DNA of 47,169 nt from an uncultured bacterium (GCA_965602945.1 CBFDBC010000003.1:1-47169); one strand, 5' to 3'; shown: positions 1 to 9,658, counted from the first letter of the stretch. Made by a program: numbers and translations. Notes: a model not told the origin generated them from the sequence alone.

Positions 1-33
1 ATCGATTAGGCCGGGAAAACATCAGGGGGGGAA

Positions 34-1287
34 TTGGCTGCGACATTTTCCGAAAAGGTTCTGGGAAGCCGAGCCGGCAGGGACGTCAAGGCCGGAGAGG
101 TGGTCACGGTCGCCCCGGACTTCATCCTGTCACACGACAACACGGCCGCCATCAGCTTGGAGTTCGCCAAGCTGGGGGTGGAGCGGGTTCGGCGGCCGGA
201 GACGATCGTCATCATCCTGGACCATGTGGTCCCGGCGGCCGCAGAAAAATATGCACTGAACCACAAGATCATCCGGGAGTTCGTGGCCGGCCAGGACATC
301 CCCCATTTTTTCGACATCCAGAACGGCATCTGCCACCAGGTCTTTTCCGAATCCGGCTTCGCCCTTCCCGGAAAACTCATCCTGGGGGCGGATTCGCACA
401 CCACGAGCTACGGCGCCTTCGGCGCCTTCTCGGCGGGGATCGGGCGGACCGAAGTGGCCTGCCTGTGGGCCACGGACGAGATCTGGCTGCGAGTGCCCGA
501 GACCATCCGCATCGAGCTGGAGGGCTGGTTCGGGGAGGGGACCGCAGCCAAGGATGCGATCCTCAAGATCATCGGCGACAACGGCGCGGATTTCGCCAAT
601 TACATGGCGGTGGAGTTCGCAGGACCGGCCGCCGCCCGCTTCAGCCTGTCCGAGCGCCTGGTCTTCGCCAACATGGCGGCAGAGATGGGCGCCAAGAACG
701 GGTATTTCGCCCCGGACGAGAAGACACTGGCCTATCTCAAGGGACGTGCCCGGATGGAATTCACACCGGTCTTTTCGGACGCAGATGCCGATTTCGCGGG
801 TGTGCTCCGTTATGACCTTTCCGCTCTGGAACCCCAGGTCGCCTGCCCGCACACGGTGGACAACGTCCGGCCGGTGAGCGAGGTGGCGGGAACCCGCTTC
901 CATCAGGCGCTCATCGGGACCTGCACCAACGGCCGGATGGAGGACCTGCAGGCCGCGGCCCGCGTCCTCGACGGCCGCAGGATCCATCCCAACGTACGCG
1001 TGCTTGTGATCCCGGCCTCCCGGCAGGTGTACGTGCAGGCCATGAAACAGGGCATCCTCGAGATCCTGTCCGAGGCGGGCTGTGTGATCCTGAACTCCGG
1101 GTGCGGGCCCTGCCTGGGTGCCCACCAGGGGATCCTGGCCCCGGGCGAGGTGGCCCTCAGCACGGCCAACCGCAATTTCCGGGGCCGCATGGGGAGCCGT
1201 GACTCGGAGATATACCTGGCTTCGCCGGCCACGGTGGCAGCCTCCGCCCTGACCGGGACTATCACCGACCCGAGGACCGTATCATGA
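34..1287 (+). CDS. leuC: 3-isopropylmalate dehydratase/homoaconitase family large subunit (copy 1)
   Basis: Aconitase-family motifs [44 protein letters not shown]; TTG start after G-rich RBS. Confidence 0.9.
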   Translation: MAATFSEKVLGSRAGRDVKAGEVVTVAPDFILSHDNTAAISLEFAKLGVERVRRPETIVIILDHVVPAAAEKYALNHKIIREFVAGQDIPHFFDIQNGICHQVFSESGFALPGKLILGADSHTTSYGAFGAFSAGIGRTEVACLWATDEIWLRVPETIRIELEGWFGEGTAAKDAILKIIGDNGADFANYMAVEFAGPAAARFSLSERLVFANMAAEMGAKNGYFAPDEKTLAYLKGRARMEFTPVFSDADADFAGVLRYDLSALEPQVACPHTVDNVRPVSEVAGTRFHQALIGTCTNGRMEDLQAAARVLDGRRIHPNVRVLVIPASRQVYVQAMKQGILEILSEAGCVILNSGCGPCLGAHQGILAPGEVALSTANRNFRGRMGSRDSEIYLASPATVAASALTGTITDPRTVS

Positions 1288-1772
1288 AGGAAGGAAGGGT
1301 CTGGAAGTATGGGGACGACGTCAACACCGATGTCATCTTCCCGGGCAAATACACCTACGCGCTCATGGAGCCCGAGGAGATGGCAGGGCATGCCCTGGAA
1401 GACCTGGACCCGGATTTCGCCAAACAGGTCAGTCCCGGGGATGTGATCGTGGCCGGTACGAATTTCGGCTGCGGGAGCTCCCGCGAGCAGGCCGCCTCCT
1501 GCCTCAAGTTTGCCGGTGTGCAGGCCGTGATCGCCAAATCCTTCGCGCGCATCTTCTTCCGCAATGCGATCAACCAGGGCCTGCCCGTGATCCAGTCCTT
1601 GGAAGCGGTCGACGCCCTACAGACGGGCGACACGATCCGGATCGACTTCGCCCGGGGCCGCATCCACACGCCACACGGAGAATTCGAGTTCCCGCCCCCG
1701 CCCGAATCGGTCCTCGGCATCCTCCGGGCCGGCGGCCTCGTCGCCTACACGAAACTCAAGCTCAAACGCTAA
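1284..1772 (+). CDS. leuD: 3-isopropylmalate dehydratase/homoaconitase small subunit (copy 1)
   Basis: [36 protein letters not shown]; ATGA overlap with large subunit. Confidence 0.9.
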   Translation: MKEGRVWKYGDDVNTDVIFPGKYTYALMEPEEMAGHALEDLDPDFAKQVSPGDVIVAGTNFGCGSSREQAASCLKFAGVQAVIAKSFARIFFRNAINQGLPVIQSLEAVDALQTGDTIRIDFARGRIHTPHGEFEFPPPPESVLGILRAGGLVAYTKLKLKR

Positions 1773-1870
1773 ATCGATATATAACACTGTCCCGCGGAGG
1801 CATTTCCAAAATCTCGATATATCGAGAGCAGGTGTGCAAGCTGAAGAGGTATGACCTGTGACTCCACATC

Positions 1871-2064
1871 AGCATTTCAGAACATGCAATAAATTCTGTT
1901 CCGGCGGGTAAACTGATAAGGAGGCCGTCCGGAGGCGAGCGGGCATGGTTCCTCGTAGAGGAGAGCGAGCCGAGGAATAAGGCGAGATTCCTCGCCGGGG
2001 AAGATCGCCGGGCCGACGTTTCAGTTTACCCGCCTGAACAAAAAAACGCCTTTTTTGAAATGCT
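1871..2064. repeat. Nested inverted-repeat element (MITE-like or structured RNA)
   Basis: agcatttca 1871-1879 / tgaaatgct 2056-2064; 20-bp arms 1897-1916 / 2021-2040 with 1 mismatch; internal hairpins ttcctcg/cgaggaa and ggcgag-attc-ctcgcc. Confidence 0.65.
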
Positions 2065-2082
2065 TGCCTCTCGACATAGGGT

Positions 2083-2111
2083 TTGAACTTTTCGCCCCGC
2101 TCTTCTATCAT
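2083..2111 (+). promoter_or_regulatory. Putative sigma70 promoter for dehydrogenase operon
   Basis: TTGAAC-N17-TATCAT upstream of 2189. Confidence 0.45.
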
Positions 2112-2188
2112 AGAGCCTAGATGATTCACGGGTCGAGTTTGCCATAGATGGTAGGCGCGGCAGGTTAAACTTTAGAGAGGAGACATAG

Positions 2189-3307
2189 ATGCCGAAATAC
2201 CGGATAGCCGTTCTGCCCGGAGATGGAGTGGGCGTTGAGGTCATGGAAGCAGCCCGGATCGTGCTGGACAAAATGCGGTTCGATGCCGAGTATGTGGAGG
2301 GGGACATCGGATGGGAATTCTGGTGCAAAGAGGGGGATCCACTCCCTGAAAGGACCATCTCGCTGCTCAAAAACACGGATGCCTGCCTGTTCGGCGCCAT
2401 CACCTCCAAGCCCAGGGAGGATGCGGCCGAGGAGCTCGACCCCAAGCTGCGGGACCAGGGCTTCGCCTACTTCAGCCCCATCGTGCGGCTGCGTCAGGAA
2501 TTCAACCTCTATACCAACCTGAGGCCCTGCAAGGCCTACCCCGGTAATCCGCTCAACTACCGGGATGATGTCGACCTGGTCATCTTCCGGGAAAACACGG
2601 AAGGCATGTATGCGGGCGTGGAGTTCTTTCCCCTGCCCCAGAAGGTCAAGGACGCGCTGCTCCTGCACCCCAAGATGCAGAAGTTTGCGGAGGTTCCCAA
2701 CGAGGAGCTGGCGCTAAGCACGCGCATCATGACCCGGAAGGGGTGCTCGCGCATCCTGCGCCGGTCCTTCGAATACGCCCGTCAGCACAAGCGCCGGTCG
2801 GTCACACTCGTAGAGAAGCCCAACGTGCTGCGGGAGACCGGGGGGTTCATCCTCGACCTGGCCCGCAGGATGGCGCCCGAATTCCCGGATGTGGAGTTCT
2901 GGGAGGCCAACGTGGATGCCATGGCCATGTGGCTGGTCAAGAACCCCCAGGATTACGCGGTGCTGGTGGCGGAGAACCTCTTCGGCGACATCATCTCCGA
3001 CCTGGCGGCCCAGCTGGTGGGCGGCCTGGGCTTCGCCTGCAGCGGCAACATCGGGGACGACTATGCGGTGTTCGAGCCCACCCACGGCTCCGCCCCCAAG
3101 TACACCGGCATGTACAAGGTCAACCCCACGGCCATGCTGCTGGCCACCAAGATGATGTTCGACTGGTTGGGAGAGGAGGAAGACGCCGTCCGGCTGGAGG
3201 CGGCCATAGCGGCGGTGATCAAGGAAGGGAAGACCCGGACCTATGACCTGGGTGGGACCTCGACCACGCTGGACATGGCCCATGCCGTGGCCGCGCATCT
3301 GGAGTGA
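2189..3307 (+). CDS. Isocitrate/isopropylmalate dehydrogenase family protein
   Basis: LPGDGVGVEV, LRQEFNLYTNLRP, FRENTEGMY, NLFGDIISD, FEPTHGSAPKY; GAGGAG RBS. Confidence 0.9.
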   Translation: MPKYRIAVLPGDGVGVEVMEAARIVLDKMRFDAEYVEGDIGWEFWCKEGDPLPERTISLLKNTDACLFGAITSKPREDAAEELDPKLRDQGFAYFSPIVRLRQEFNLYTNLRPCKAYPGNPLNYRDDVDLVIFRENTEGMYAGVEFFPLPQKVKDALLLHPKMQKFAEVPNEELALSTRIMTRKGCSRILRRSFEYARQHKRRSVTLVEKPNVLRETGGFILDLARRMAPEFPDVEFWEANVDAMAMWLVKNPQDYAVLVAENLFGDIISDLAAQLVGGLGFACSGNIGDDYAVFEPTHGSAPKYTGMYKVNPTAMLLATKMMFDWLGEEEDAVRLEAAIAAVIKEGKTRTYDLGGTSTTLDMAHAVAAHLE

Positions 3308-3313
3308 GGCCGG

Positions 3314-4564
3314 ATGGGACAGACCATAGTCGAGAAGATCATCCAGGCGCACACAGGGGACGAGGCCGCGCCGGGGAAGATCGTGTGGATGGACCTCGAC
3401 GTCCGTTCGGCGCGGGACTTCGGCGGGCCCAACGTGGTCAAGAATTTCGAGGCCGAGTACGGCCAGGCCCCGGTGGACGACCCGGCTCGGACCTTCTTCA
3501 CCTTCGACCTGTGCGTGCCGGCCTGTTCCCTCAAATATGCGGACAACCAGCAGATCTGCAGGGAGTTCGCCCGCCGGCAGGGGATACGGGTGTTCGACGT
3601 GGACGAGGGGATCGGATCCCATGTGCTGATCGAGAAGGGCTCGGCCCGCCCCGGGGGCACGGTCGTTGGCACCGACAGCCATCTCAACATCCTGGGCGCC
3701 GTCGGGTGTTTCGGGCAGGGCATGGGTGATGTGGACATCACCTTCGCCTTCAAGACCGGCCGCAGCTGGTTCCAGGTGCCAGAGACCCTCAAGGTTGTGC
3801 TGAAGGGGGAGGCCGGATGCGCTTCCGCCAAGGACCTGACGCTGTTCCTGCTCAGGGAACTGGGAACCCGGAAGGCCGCGCTCCGGGCCGTGGAGTTCTA
3901 CGGTGACCCGGTCCGTGGGCTTTCCCTCTCCGGACGCATCACGCTGTGCAGCATGGTCACCGAGATGGCGGGGATCATCGGCTTCATCCCTGAATGGAAT
4001 GATGAGGCCGCTCAAGAGATGGAACACCTGACGGGCGGGTCCTTCCACCATCCCCTGGCCGACATGGACGCCGGCTATGCCGAAGTCCTGGAGCTCGCTG
4101 CAGGGGACATACCCTCCCTGACTGCGGCTCCTCACCTGCCCACGAACGTGGAAGAGGTCCGGGACCTGAAAGAGGTAAGCATCGACACGGGTTTCATTGG
4201 GTCCTGCACCAACGGGCGTTTCGAGGACCTGCAGGCGGCCGGACGCATCCTCAAGGGCCGGAGGATAAAGGATGGGATCACCCTCAAGGTGGTCCCGGCC
4301 ACACGCCACGTTTACGGCCGGATGCTGGAGTCAGGGCTGCTTCAAGACCTGTTCGCTGCCGGCGCCGTGGTCTCCAATCCGGGCTGCGGCGGCTGCGCCG
4401 ATGGACACATCGGCCTCACCGGACGCAACGAGGTGCAGATCAGCACGGGCAACCGCAACTTCGAGGGCAAGCAGGGTAAGGGCCGCACATATCTGGCCGG
4501 CCCGGAAGTCGTGGCCGCCTCTTGCCTGACCGGCCGCATCACCTCTCCGGAGGACCTGTTATGA
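3314..4564 (+). CDS. Aconitase/3-isopropylmalate dehydratase family large subunit (divergent copy 2)
   Basis: TIVEKII start, GTDSH, GSCTNGR, PGCGGC, STGNRNFEGKQG; usual DH motif reads DL. Confidence 0.85.
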   Translation: MGQTIVEKIIQAHTGDEAAPGKIVWMDLDVRSARDFGGPNVVKNFEAEYGQAPVDDPARTFFTFDLCVPACSLKYADNQQICREFARRQGIRVFDVDEGIGSHVLIEKGSARPGGTVVGTDSHLNILGAVGCFGQGMGDVDITFAFKTGRSWFQVPETLKVVLKGEAGCASAKDLTLFLLRELGTRKAALRAVEFYGDPVRGLSLSGRITLCSMVTEMAGIIGFIPEWNDEAAQEMEHLTGGSFHHPLADMDAGYAEVLELAAGDIPSLTAAPHLPTNVEEVRDLKEVSIDTGFIGSCTNGRFEDLQAAGRILKGRRIKDGITLKVVPATRHVYGRMLESGLLQDLFAAGAVVSNPGCGGCADGHIGLTGRNEVQISTGNRNFEGKQGKGRTYLAGPEVVAASCLTGRITSPEDLL

Positions 4565-5109
4565 GCAGGCCACTGGTTCTGGAGGGACGGATCTGGGTCC
4601 TGACCGGCCGGGACGGGAACCTCATCGAGGACATCGACACGGATCAGATCTTCCACAACGCCCATCTCCACATCACCGAGGTGTCGGAGATGGGCCCCTT
4701 TGCACTGGGCAACCTGGAAGGCTGGAAGCACTTCGCGGGCGAGGCCCGGGAGGGCGACCTCGTCTTCGCCGGCAGGAACTTCGGGGCGGGTTCGTCCCGC
4801 CAGCAGGCCGTTGACTGCTTCCTGGCCCTGGGCATTTGCCTCATCGCCGCCCCTTCCTTCGGTGCCATATACTTCCGCAACGCAGTCAACTCAGGGCTGC
4901 CGGTCCTGGACGGCCCAGGCCTGGCGGAGCTGGCCGGGGATGGAAAACTCCAGACGGGAGATGCGGTCAGCCTCGACCTGCACTCCGGGGAGGGGCGCAG
5001 CCTGACACGGGGGTTGGATTTCCGGCTGCAGCCCATGAGCGGCGTCCAGCATGACATCTGGCTGGCCGGAGGCCTGTTCGCCTATGCACGGGAAGGATCG
5101 GGAGGATAA
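4561..5109 (+). CDS. 3-isopropylmalate dehydratase family small subunit (copy 2)
   Basis: DIDTDQI, NFGAGSSRQQA, SFGAIYFRNAVNSG; ATGA overlap at 4561 chosen as start. Confidence 0.85.
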   Translation: MSRPLVLEGRIWVLTGRDGNLIEDIDTDQIFHNAHLHITEVSEMGPFALGNLEGWKHFAGEAREGDLVFAGRNFGAGSSRQQAVDCFLALGICLIAAPSFGAIYFRNAVNSGLPVLDGPGLAELAGDGKLQTGDAVSLDLHSGEGRSLTRGLDFRLQPMSGVQHDIWLAGGLFAYAREGSGG

Positions 5110-5112
5110 GCC

Positions 5113-5796
5113 GTGCTGATCCTGGCCGTGGACACCAACACCTCAGCCGGATCGGTCGCCGTCCTGCGGGGGAGGCGGCTGCTGGCCGAGGTTAACCTGG
5201 ACTCTCCCCGGACCCATTCGGAGCGGCTGCTCCCGTCCATCGACCTGCTGATGGACGCTCTGGGCATCCGCCTCGCGGACATCGACGGTTATGCCCTGGC
5301 CGTTGGTCCCGGATCGTTCACCGGGATCCGCATCGGCATGAGCACTGTGAAATCCTTCGCCTTCTCTTCCCGCAAGCCCATCGCCGCGGTCTCCAACCTC
5401 GAGGCGCTGGCGCTGAAGATCAAACAGACCCAGGCGCGGCTGCTCTGTCCCCTCATGGATGCCAAAAAGAGCGAGGTTTACTCCGGCCTGTTCGAAGTGC
5501 GGGCCGGAGGCATGCGGGAGATCGTCGCGCAGGGCTTATACAGGCCCGACCGCCTGTTCTCGCAGTTTCCCTCCCACCGGATCATCACCTTCATCGGGAG
5601 CGGAGTGCCCGTGTACCGGGACAGGCTCGCGGACTACTTCAAGGACAAGGCCCGGCTCTCCCGGCGTTCGCTCCATGTCGGCTTCGAGGTCGGTCTCCTC
5701 GGTTATGAGCGGCTGAAGTCCGGCCGGGGCCTGGACAGCTTCCAGGTCGAGCCCCTGTATTTCCGGAGATCGCAGGCAGAAGAAGGCCGCCCGTAG
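5113..5796 (+). CDS. tsaB: tRNA threonylcarbamoyladenosine biosynthesis protein TsaB
   Basis: MLILAVDT, HSERLLP, GPGSFTGIRIG, DAKKSEVY, EPLYFR. Confidence 0.93.
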   Translation: MLILAVDTNTSAGSVAVLRGRRLLAEVNLDSPRTHSERLLPSIDLLMDALGIRLADIDGYALAVGPGSFTGIRIGMSTVKSFAFSSRKPIAAVSNLEALALKIKQTQARLLCPLMDAKKSEVYSGLFEVRAGGMREIVAQGLYRPDRLFSQFPSHRIITFIGSGVPVYRDRLADYFKDKARLSRRSLHVGFEVGLLGYERLKSGRGLDSFQVEPLYFRRSQAEEGRP

Positions 5797-5800
5797 CGCC

Positions 5801-6283
5801 ATGCTGCCCCCTCCCACGTATTACCTCAGGCGTATGCAGGAGCGGGACCTCCCTTTCATAATGGAGATCGAGAGGCTGTCCTTCCCCAATCCCTGGCAGG
5901 AGTCCTCCTTTCGGGGCGAGATCGAGAACCTGCACATTACCTACCCCAGTGTCATCGTGCAGAGGCCGCACGACCGGATCATCGGGTACATCATATTCTG
6001 GTACGAGGCGGATAAGGCCCAGATAAGCAATTTCGCGCTGCATCCTGACTTCAGGGGCCTGGGGGTGGGGGAGTCAGCGCTCAAGGAGATCCTGGGCGCC
6101 ATCCGGGCCATGGGGGCCGGGCATGTCGTGCTGGAAGTCCGGCCGTCCAACGTCTCGGCCCTGAGTCTGTATCAAAAACACGGGTTCGTGATGTTGGGGA
6201 CGAGGCTGGGCTATTATCAAAATCCGCCGGAAGACGCCCTTGTCATGATCCGTTATTTTGATCCTTTCCCTCAACGTGACTGA
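5801..6283 (+). CDS. rimI: Ribosomal protein S18 alanine N-acetyltransferase
   Basis: IERLSFPNPW, FRGLGVG, LEVRPSN, YYQNPPEDALVM; follows tsaB. Confidence 0.88.
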   Translation: MLPPPTYYLRRMQERDLPFIMEIERLSFPNPWQESSFRGEIENLHITYPSVIVQRPHDRIIGYIIFWYEADKAQISNFALHPDFRGLGVGESALKEILGAIRAMGAGHVVLEVRPSNVSALSLYQKHGFVMLGTRLGYYQNPPEDALVMIRYFDPFPQRD

Positions 6284-6313
6284 ACACGGCCGTTCCTTTC
6301 ACTCCCACCCATG

Positions 6314-7048
6314 TCAGTAGTCGACCCGGATGAGGCAGAGGCCCCTGGCCGGGGCCGTGGGAGTAGCCCCTACCGTTCGGGCCCTGTGTTCGAAAATCTC
6401 TTCGATGGCCCCCGGTTCCACCCTGCCTTTGCCGACTTCCAGAAGGGTGCCGACCATAGTCCGGACCATGTACTGTAGAAAGCCGTTGGCCTCGACCGTG
6501 TAGGTGATCTCGCCTCCGGAAGCTCCGATTTCCGAGCGGGTGACTTTCCGCACGGGATGCCGCAGCCGGTTGGAGGAGAAGGATGTGAAGTCGGCCTCCC
6601 GGACAAAGAGCCCGGCCGCGGTCTTCATCTTCCCCACATCCAGGGGGCCCGGCCAGTGCAGGGCGTATCGTACATCGAAGGGGCTGATCGGCCGGGTGTT
6701 CATGATCCGGTATCGGTACACTTTGGAACGGGCCGACTTCCGTGCATGGAACGTGTCGTCCACCCGTTCGAGCGACAGAACCCGGATGTCATCGGGGAGC
6801 TGGCCGTTCAGGGCCCGGAGCAGCTCTGCGTCATCCAGGTCGAGATCGGCCTGGAAGCTGGCTACCTGGCCCAGGGCATGCACGCCCGCATCCGTGCGCC
6901 CGGCACCCTGGACCGGGATACGGCGGGAGCGGAAACGGAAAAGCGCGTCCTCCAGAGTACCCTGGATGGTCTTTTTCCGGGGCTGAAGCTGCCAGCCGTG
7001 ATATTCCGTCCCGTCATAGCTGATGACGATCTTGTAGCTCTGCTTCAT
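6314..7048 (-). CDS. truA: tRNA pseudouridine(38-40) synthase
   Basis: YDGTEYHGWQ, GAGRTDAGVHA, FHARKSA, GFLQYMVR, TAPARGLCL; start trimmed to MKQSY behind GGGAG. Confidence 0.95.
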   Translation of the reverse strand: MKQSYKIVISYDGTEYHGWQLQPRKKTIQGTLEDALFRFRSRRIPVQGAGRTDAGVHALGQVASFQADLDLDDAELLRALNGQLPDDIRVLSLERVDDTFHARKSARSKVYRYRIMNTRPISPFDVRYALHWPGPLDVGKMKTAAGLFVREADFTSFSSNRLRHPVRKVTRSEIGASGGEITYTVEANGFLQYMVRTMVGTLLEVGKGRVEPGAIEEIFEHRARTVGATPTAPARGLCLIRVDY

Positions 7049-7086
7049 CTCGATCGGCTCCCGAACAGGAGATTTTCCCTGCCTCA

Positions 7087-7560
7087 TCAGCTGAGCAGGG
7101 GAAAGAACTCCTTCAAGGCCTGTTCCACAGCCTCTTCAGCAGTCTCCACCGGTATCACACCCTCGATGTCCCAGGTCCCGAGGCCTACGATCCTCTTCTC
7201 ATGGACCCGGCCGTAGGCGATCTCCGACAGCGTTCCGAAGGAGCCGTCCACGGCGATGAGGGTGTCCGAGTTCATGACCACCAGGTTGTTCCGGGAATAG
7301 CCCATGCCGGTTGCCACGGCGATGTCGATGTGGGAATTGGCATCCTTGGGTGAACCGCCGGGAAGGATCCCGAGCGTCAGCCCACCTGCCTGCCGGGCTC
7401 CGCGGGCGGCCGCCTCCATGACCCCACCCAGGCCGCCGCACACCAGGATGGCGCCCTTCTCGGCGATGAGCCGGCCGACCTCGTAAGCGATCTCCCGGAA
7501 TCGGGCTTCCGGGACCGCGCCGCCTATGACACCGACCCGGATCTTGTTTTTTAGGTCCAT
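7087..7560 (-). CDS. TIGR00725 family (LOG/Rossmann-like) protein
   Basis: VCGGLGGVMEAA, GILPG, TGMGYSRN, GTLSEIA. Confidence 0.85.
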   Translation of the reverse strand: MDLKNKIRVGVIGGAVPEARFREIAYEVGRLIAEKGAILVCGGLGGVMEAAARGARQAGGLTLGILPGGSPKDANSHIDIAVATGMGYSRNNLVVMNSDTLIAVDGSFGTLSEIAYGRVHEKRIVGLGTWDIEGVIPVETAEEAVEQALKEFFPLLS

Positions 7561-7633
7561 GCTCTCTCCTCGTCGGAATATGTATTAGGGATATTATATA
7601 AGACGCCCGCAAAGTGCAATCCGTGTCACAGGA

Positions 7634-7662
7634 TTGAACCGTCACACCAAATAGACTACAAT
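7634..7662 (+). promoter_or_regulatory. Putative sigma70 promoter for sulfatase/GT operon
   Basis: TTGAAC-N17-TACAAT; -35 overlaps a caatcc...ggattg inverted repeat. Confidence 0.45.
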
Positions 7663-7682
7663 GCCCAATTGAGGTTGAGCCG

Positions 7683-9647
7683 ATGACCAGGTACCGTACA
7701 CTGACCGGAATCTTGGTCTGTGCTCTGTTTTTCTCCAGCTGCGGCCCGAAGTCTCCCGAGCCCGCCTCCTCCTTCCGATTTATCGACGCCCTTTCGGAAG
7801 AGAACATCGTCCGGTCCCCTCTTCGGGATACGACGGCGCCGCTTGAGGGGCCGGACATCCGCTATCCCACGCATTCCGCTCCTCTGGACGAGGCGGGGAT
7901 CTCCTCAAATCCTCTAGACCTCAAGCGCAGGCTCCGGCTGGGGGGGACGGAGCGAAACACTCTCTTTGCCCCGCCCGGATCCGAGTACGCCTTCGAGGTG
8001 ACCCTGACGGCCGATTCCGTGCTCGAATTTGCGGTGGGGATCGTTCGCGAGGCCGCTTTTACGGCATCCGGGCAGGGAAACGAAGTGGGGGGCGCCGGTG
8101 TCGATTTCCGTGTAGAGCTGGAGATCCAGGGCCGGAAAAGGACCCTGTTCCAGGAATATATGACCGGCCCTCCGGCCGCGGAGGAGCCCGGGATCGCCTT
8201 CGCCCAGCACCGGTTGGATCTGCCCTATGAGGCGGAGGAGGCGCGCCTGTCGTTCGTCACAAGGGGAGAGAGCCCCTGTTTTTCTTTTTGGGCCAACCCC
8301 ATCCTCTTCCGTCAGGAGTCTTCCGGGTTGAATGTCATATTGATCTCCGTGGATACGCTTCGGGCCGACCACCTGGGGAGCTACGGATACAGCCGCGACA
8401 CCAGCCCGCACATCGATGCCCTGGCTGAAGACGGGATCCGGTTCGCCAACGCCTACTCCTCCTCATCCTGGACGCTGCCCTCGCATGTGTCTCTCATGAC
8501 CTCACTGCACGGCGTGCGCCACCAGGTCTATCACGACGACGAGCGCATGGACCCGGGGCTTGTAACCCTGGCCGAGCATTTCCAGAGCCGCGGATACTCC
8601 TGCGCCGCATTCACCGGAGGTGGATTCGTGAGCCCGGCCTACGGATTCGCCAAGGGTTTCGATACGTATGATGTGGGATCGGGCCATGTCCTCAATCAGG
8701 ATTCGGCCGACCGGGTCTATCGATTTGTTTCCCCTTGGATCGACCGCCATAAGGACCGCAGTTTTTTCCTGTTCCTGCACACCTACCAGCCCCACAGCCC
8801 CTATGCCTGCCCCATGCCTTACAAGACCATGTTCCTGAACGATGACTCCCTGTTCGGGCATGCCGACCTCTTCTATATTCTGGGCGGACAAGCGAACCTG
8901 TACAAATCCCTTCCCGATGCCGAACGCCAGAACCTGATCGACCTGTATGACGGAGAGATCCGCTATGTGGACGACCGGCTCATCGGGCCTCTGGTCGCTC
9001 AGCTCAAAGCTCAGGGATTGTACGACCGGACCCTGATCGTCTTCCTCAGCGATCATGGGGAGGAGTTCTTCGACCACGGTGCCTGGGGACACGGCCACAG
9101 CCTTTATGACGAGCTTTTAAAGGTGCCTTTGATCTTAAAGCTGCCCAAATCCCAACACAAGGGAATGTCTCCGGATACGATCGTGTCCCTGGTGGACGTT
9201 ATGCCCACCCTGCTCGATGCGATGGGGTGGGACATTCCCCGCGAGTCCCTGGATGGCCGCAGCCTGTTCCCGGTCATCGAGGGGAGGGAAAGGGAGGACA
9301 GGATGTTCCTGGCGGATATCGGGAGCAACATCCTGAGGTCTCATGTCCCCAAGAAGATAGCAACCAACCGGGGCAGGATCAAGATGATCCTCAACGAGGC
9401 ATACTCGCCCGAGGCCTTGGAGTTTTTCCGCTTTCCACCCCCCCGGAGCGGCCCGGCCGAGCTGTTCGACCTGGCCGCTGACCCGGCCGAAAGCCGCAGC
9501 CTGGCCGACCGGCAGCCCGGCCTGGCCAACGACATCCTGCGCTGGATCAACGACTTCTATGCAGGCGCCCTCAAGGCGCAGACCCGGAAGGCCCAGATCG
9601 ACGAGAGCGTGAGAGATCAGCTCAAGGCCCTGGGCTATATCCGGTAA
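7683..9647 (+). CDS. Sulfatase-like hydrolase/transferase (alkaline phosphatase superfamily), probable lipoprotein
   Basis: Lipobox-like FFSSC; NVILISVDTLRADH, WTLPSH, HTYQPHSPY, YDGEIRYVD, SDHGEEF, C-terminal LKALGY. Confidence 0.85.
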   Translation: MTRYRTLTGILVCALFFSSCGPKSPEPASSFRFIDALSEENIVRSPLRDTTAPLEGPDIRYPTHSAPLDEAGISSNPLDLKRRLRLGGTERNTLFAPPGSEYAFEVTLTADSVLEFAVGIVREAAFTASGQGNEVGGAGVDFRVELEIQGRKRTLFQEYMTGPPAAEEPGIAFAQHRLDLPYEAEEARLSFVTRGESPCFSFWANPILFRQESSGLNVILISVDTLRADHLGSYGYSRDTSPHIDALAEDGIRFANAYSSSSWTLPSHVSLMTSLHGVRHQVYHDDERMDPGLVTLAEHFQSRGYSCAAFTGGGFVSPAYGFAKGFDTYDVGSGHVLNQDSADRVYRFVSPWIDRHKDRSFFLFLHTYQPHSPYACPMPYKTMFLNDDSLFGHADLFYILGGQANLYKSLPDAERQNLIDLYDGEIRYVDDRLIGPLVAQLKAQGLYDRTLIVFLSDHGEEFFDHGAWGHGHSLYDELLKVPLILKLPKSQHKGMSPDTIVSLVDVMPTLLDAMGWDIPRESLDGRSLFPVIEGREREDRMFLADIGSNILRSHVPKKIATNRGRIKMILNEAYSPEALEFFRFPPPRSGPAELFDLAADPAESRSLADRQPGLANDILRWINDFYAGALKAQTRKAQIDESVRDQLKALGYIR

Positions 9648-9658
9648 GGAAGGATACG

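Noticed and set aside
1940-2064. Lysine riboswitch or T-box before the dehydrogenase (gtagagg motif)
   Set aside because: Remaining consensus elements not recognisable, and a putative promoter lies downstream of the structure
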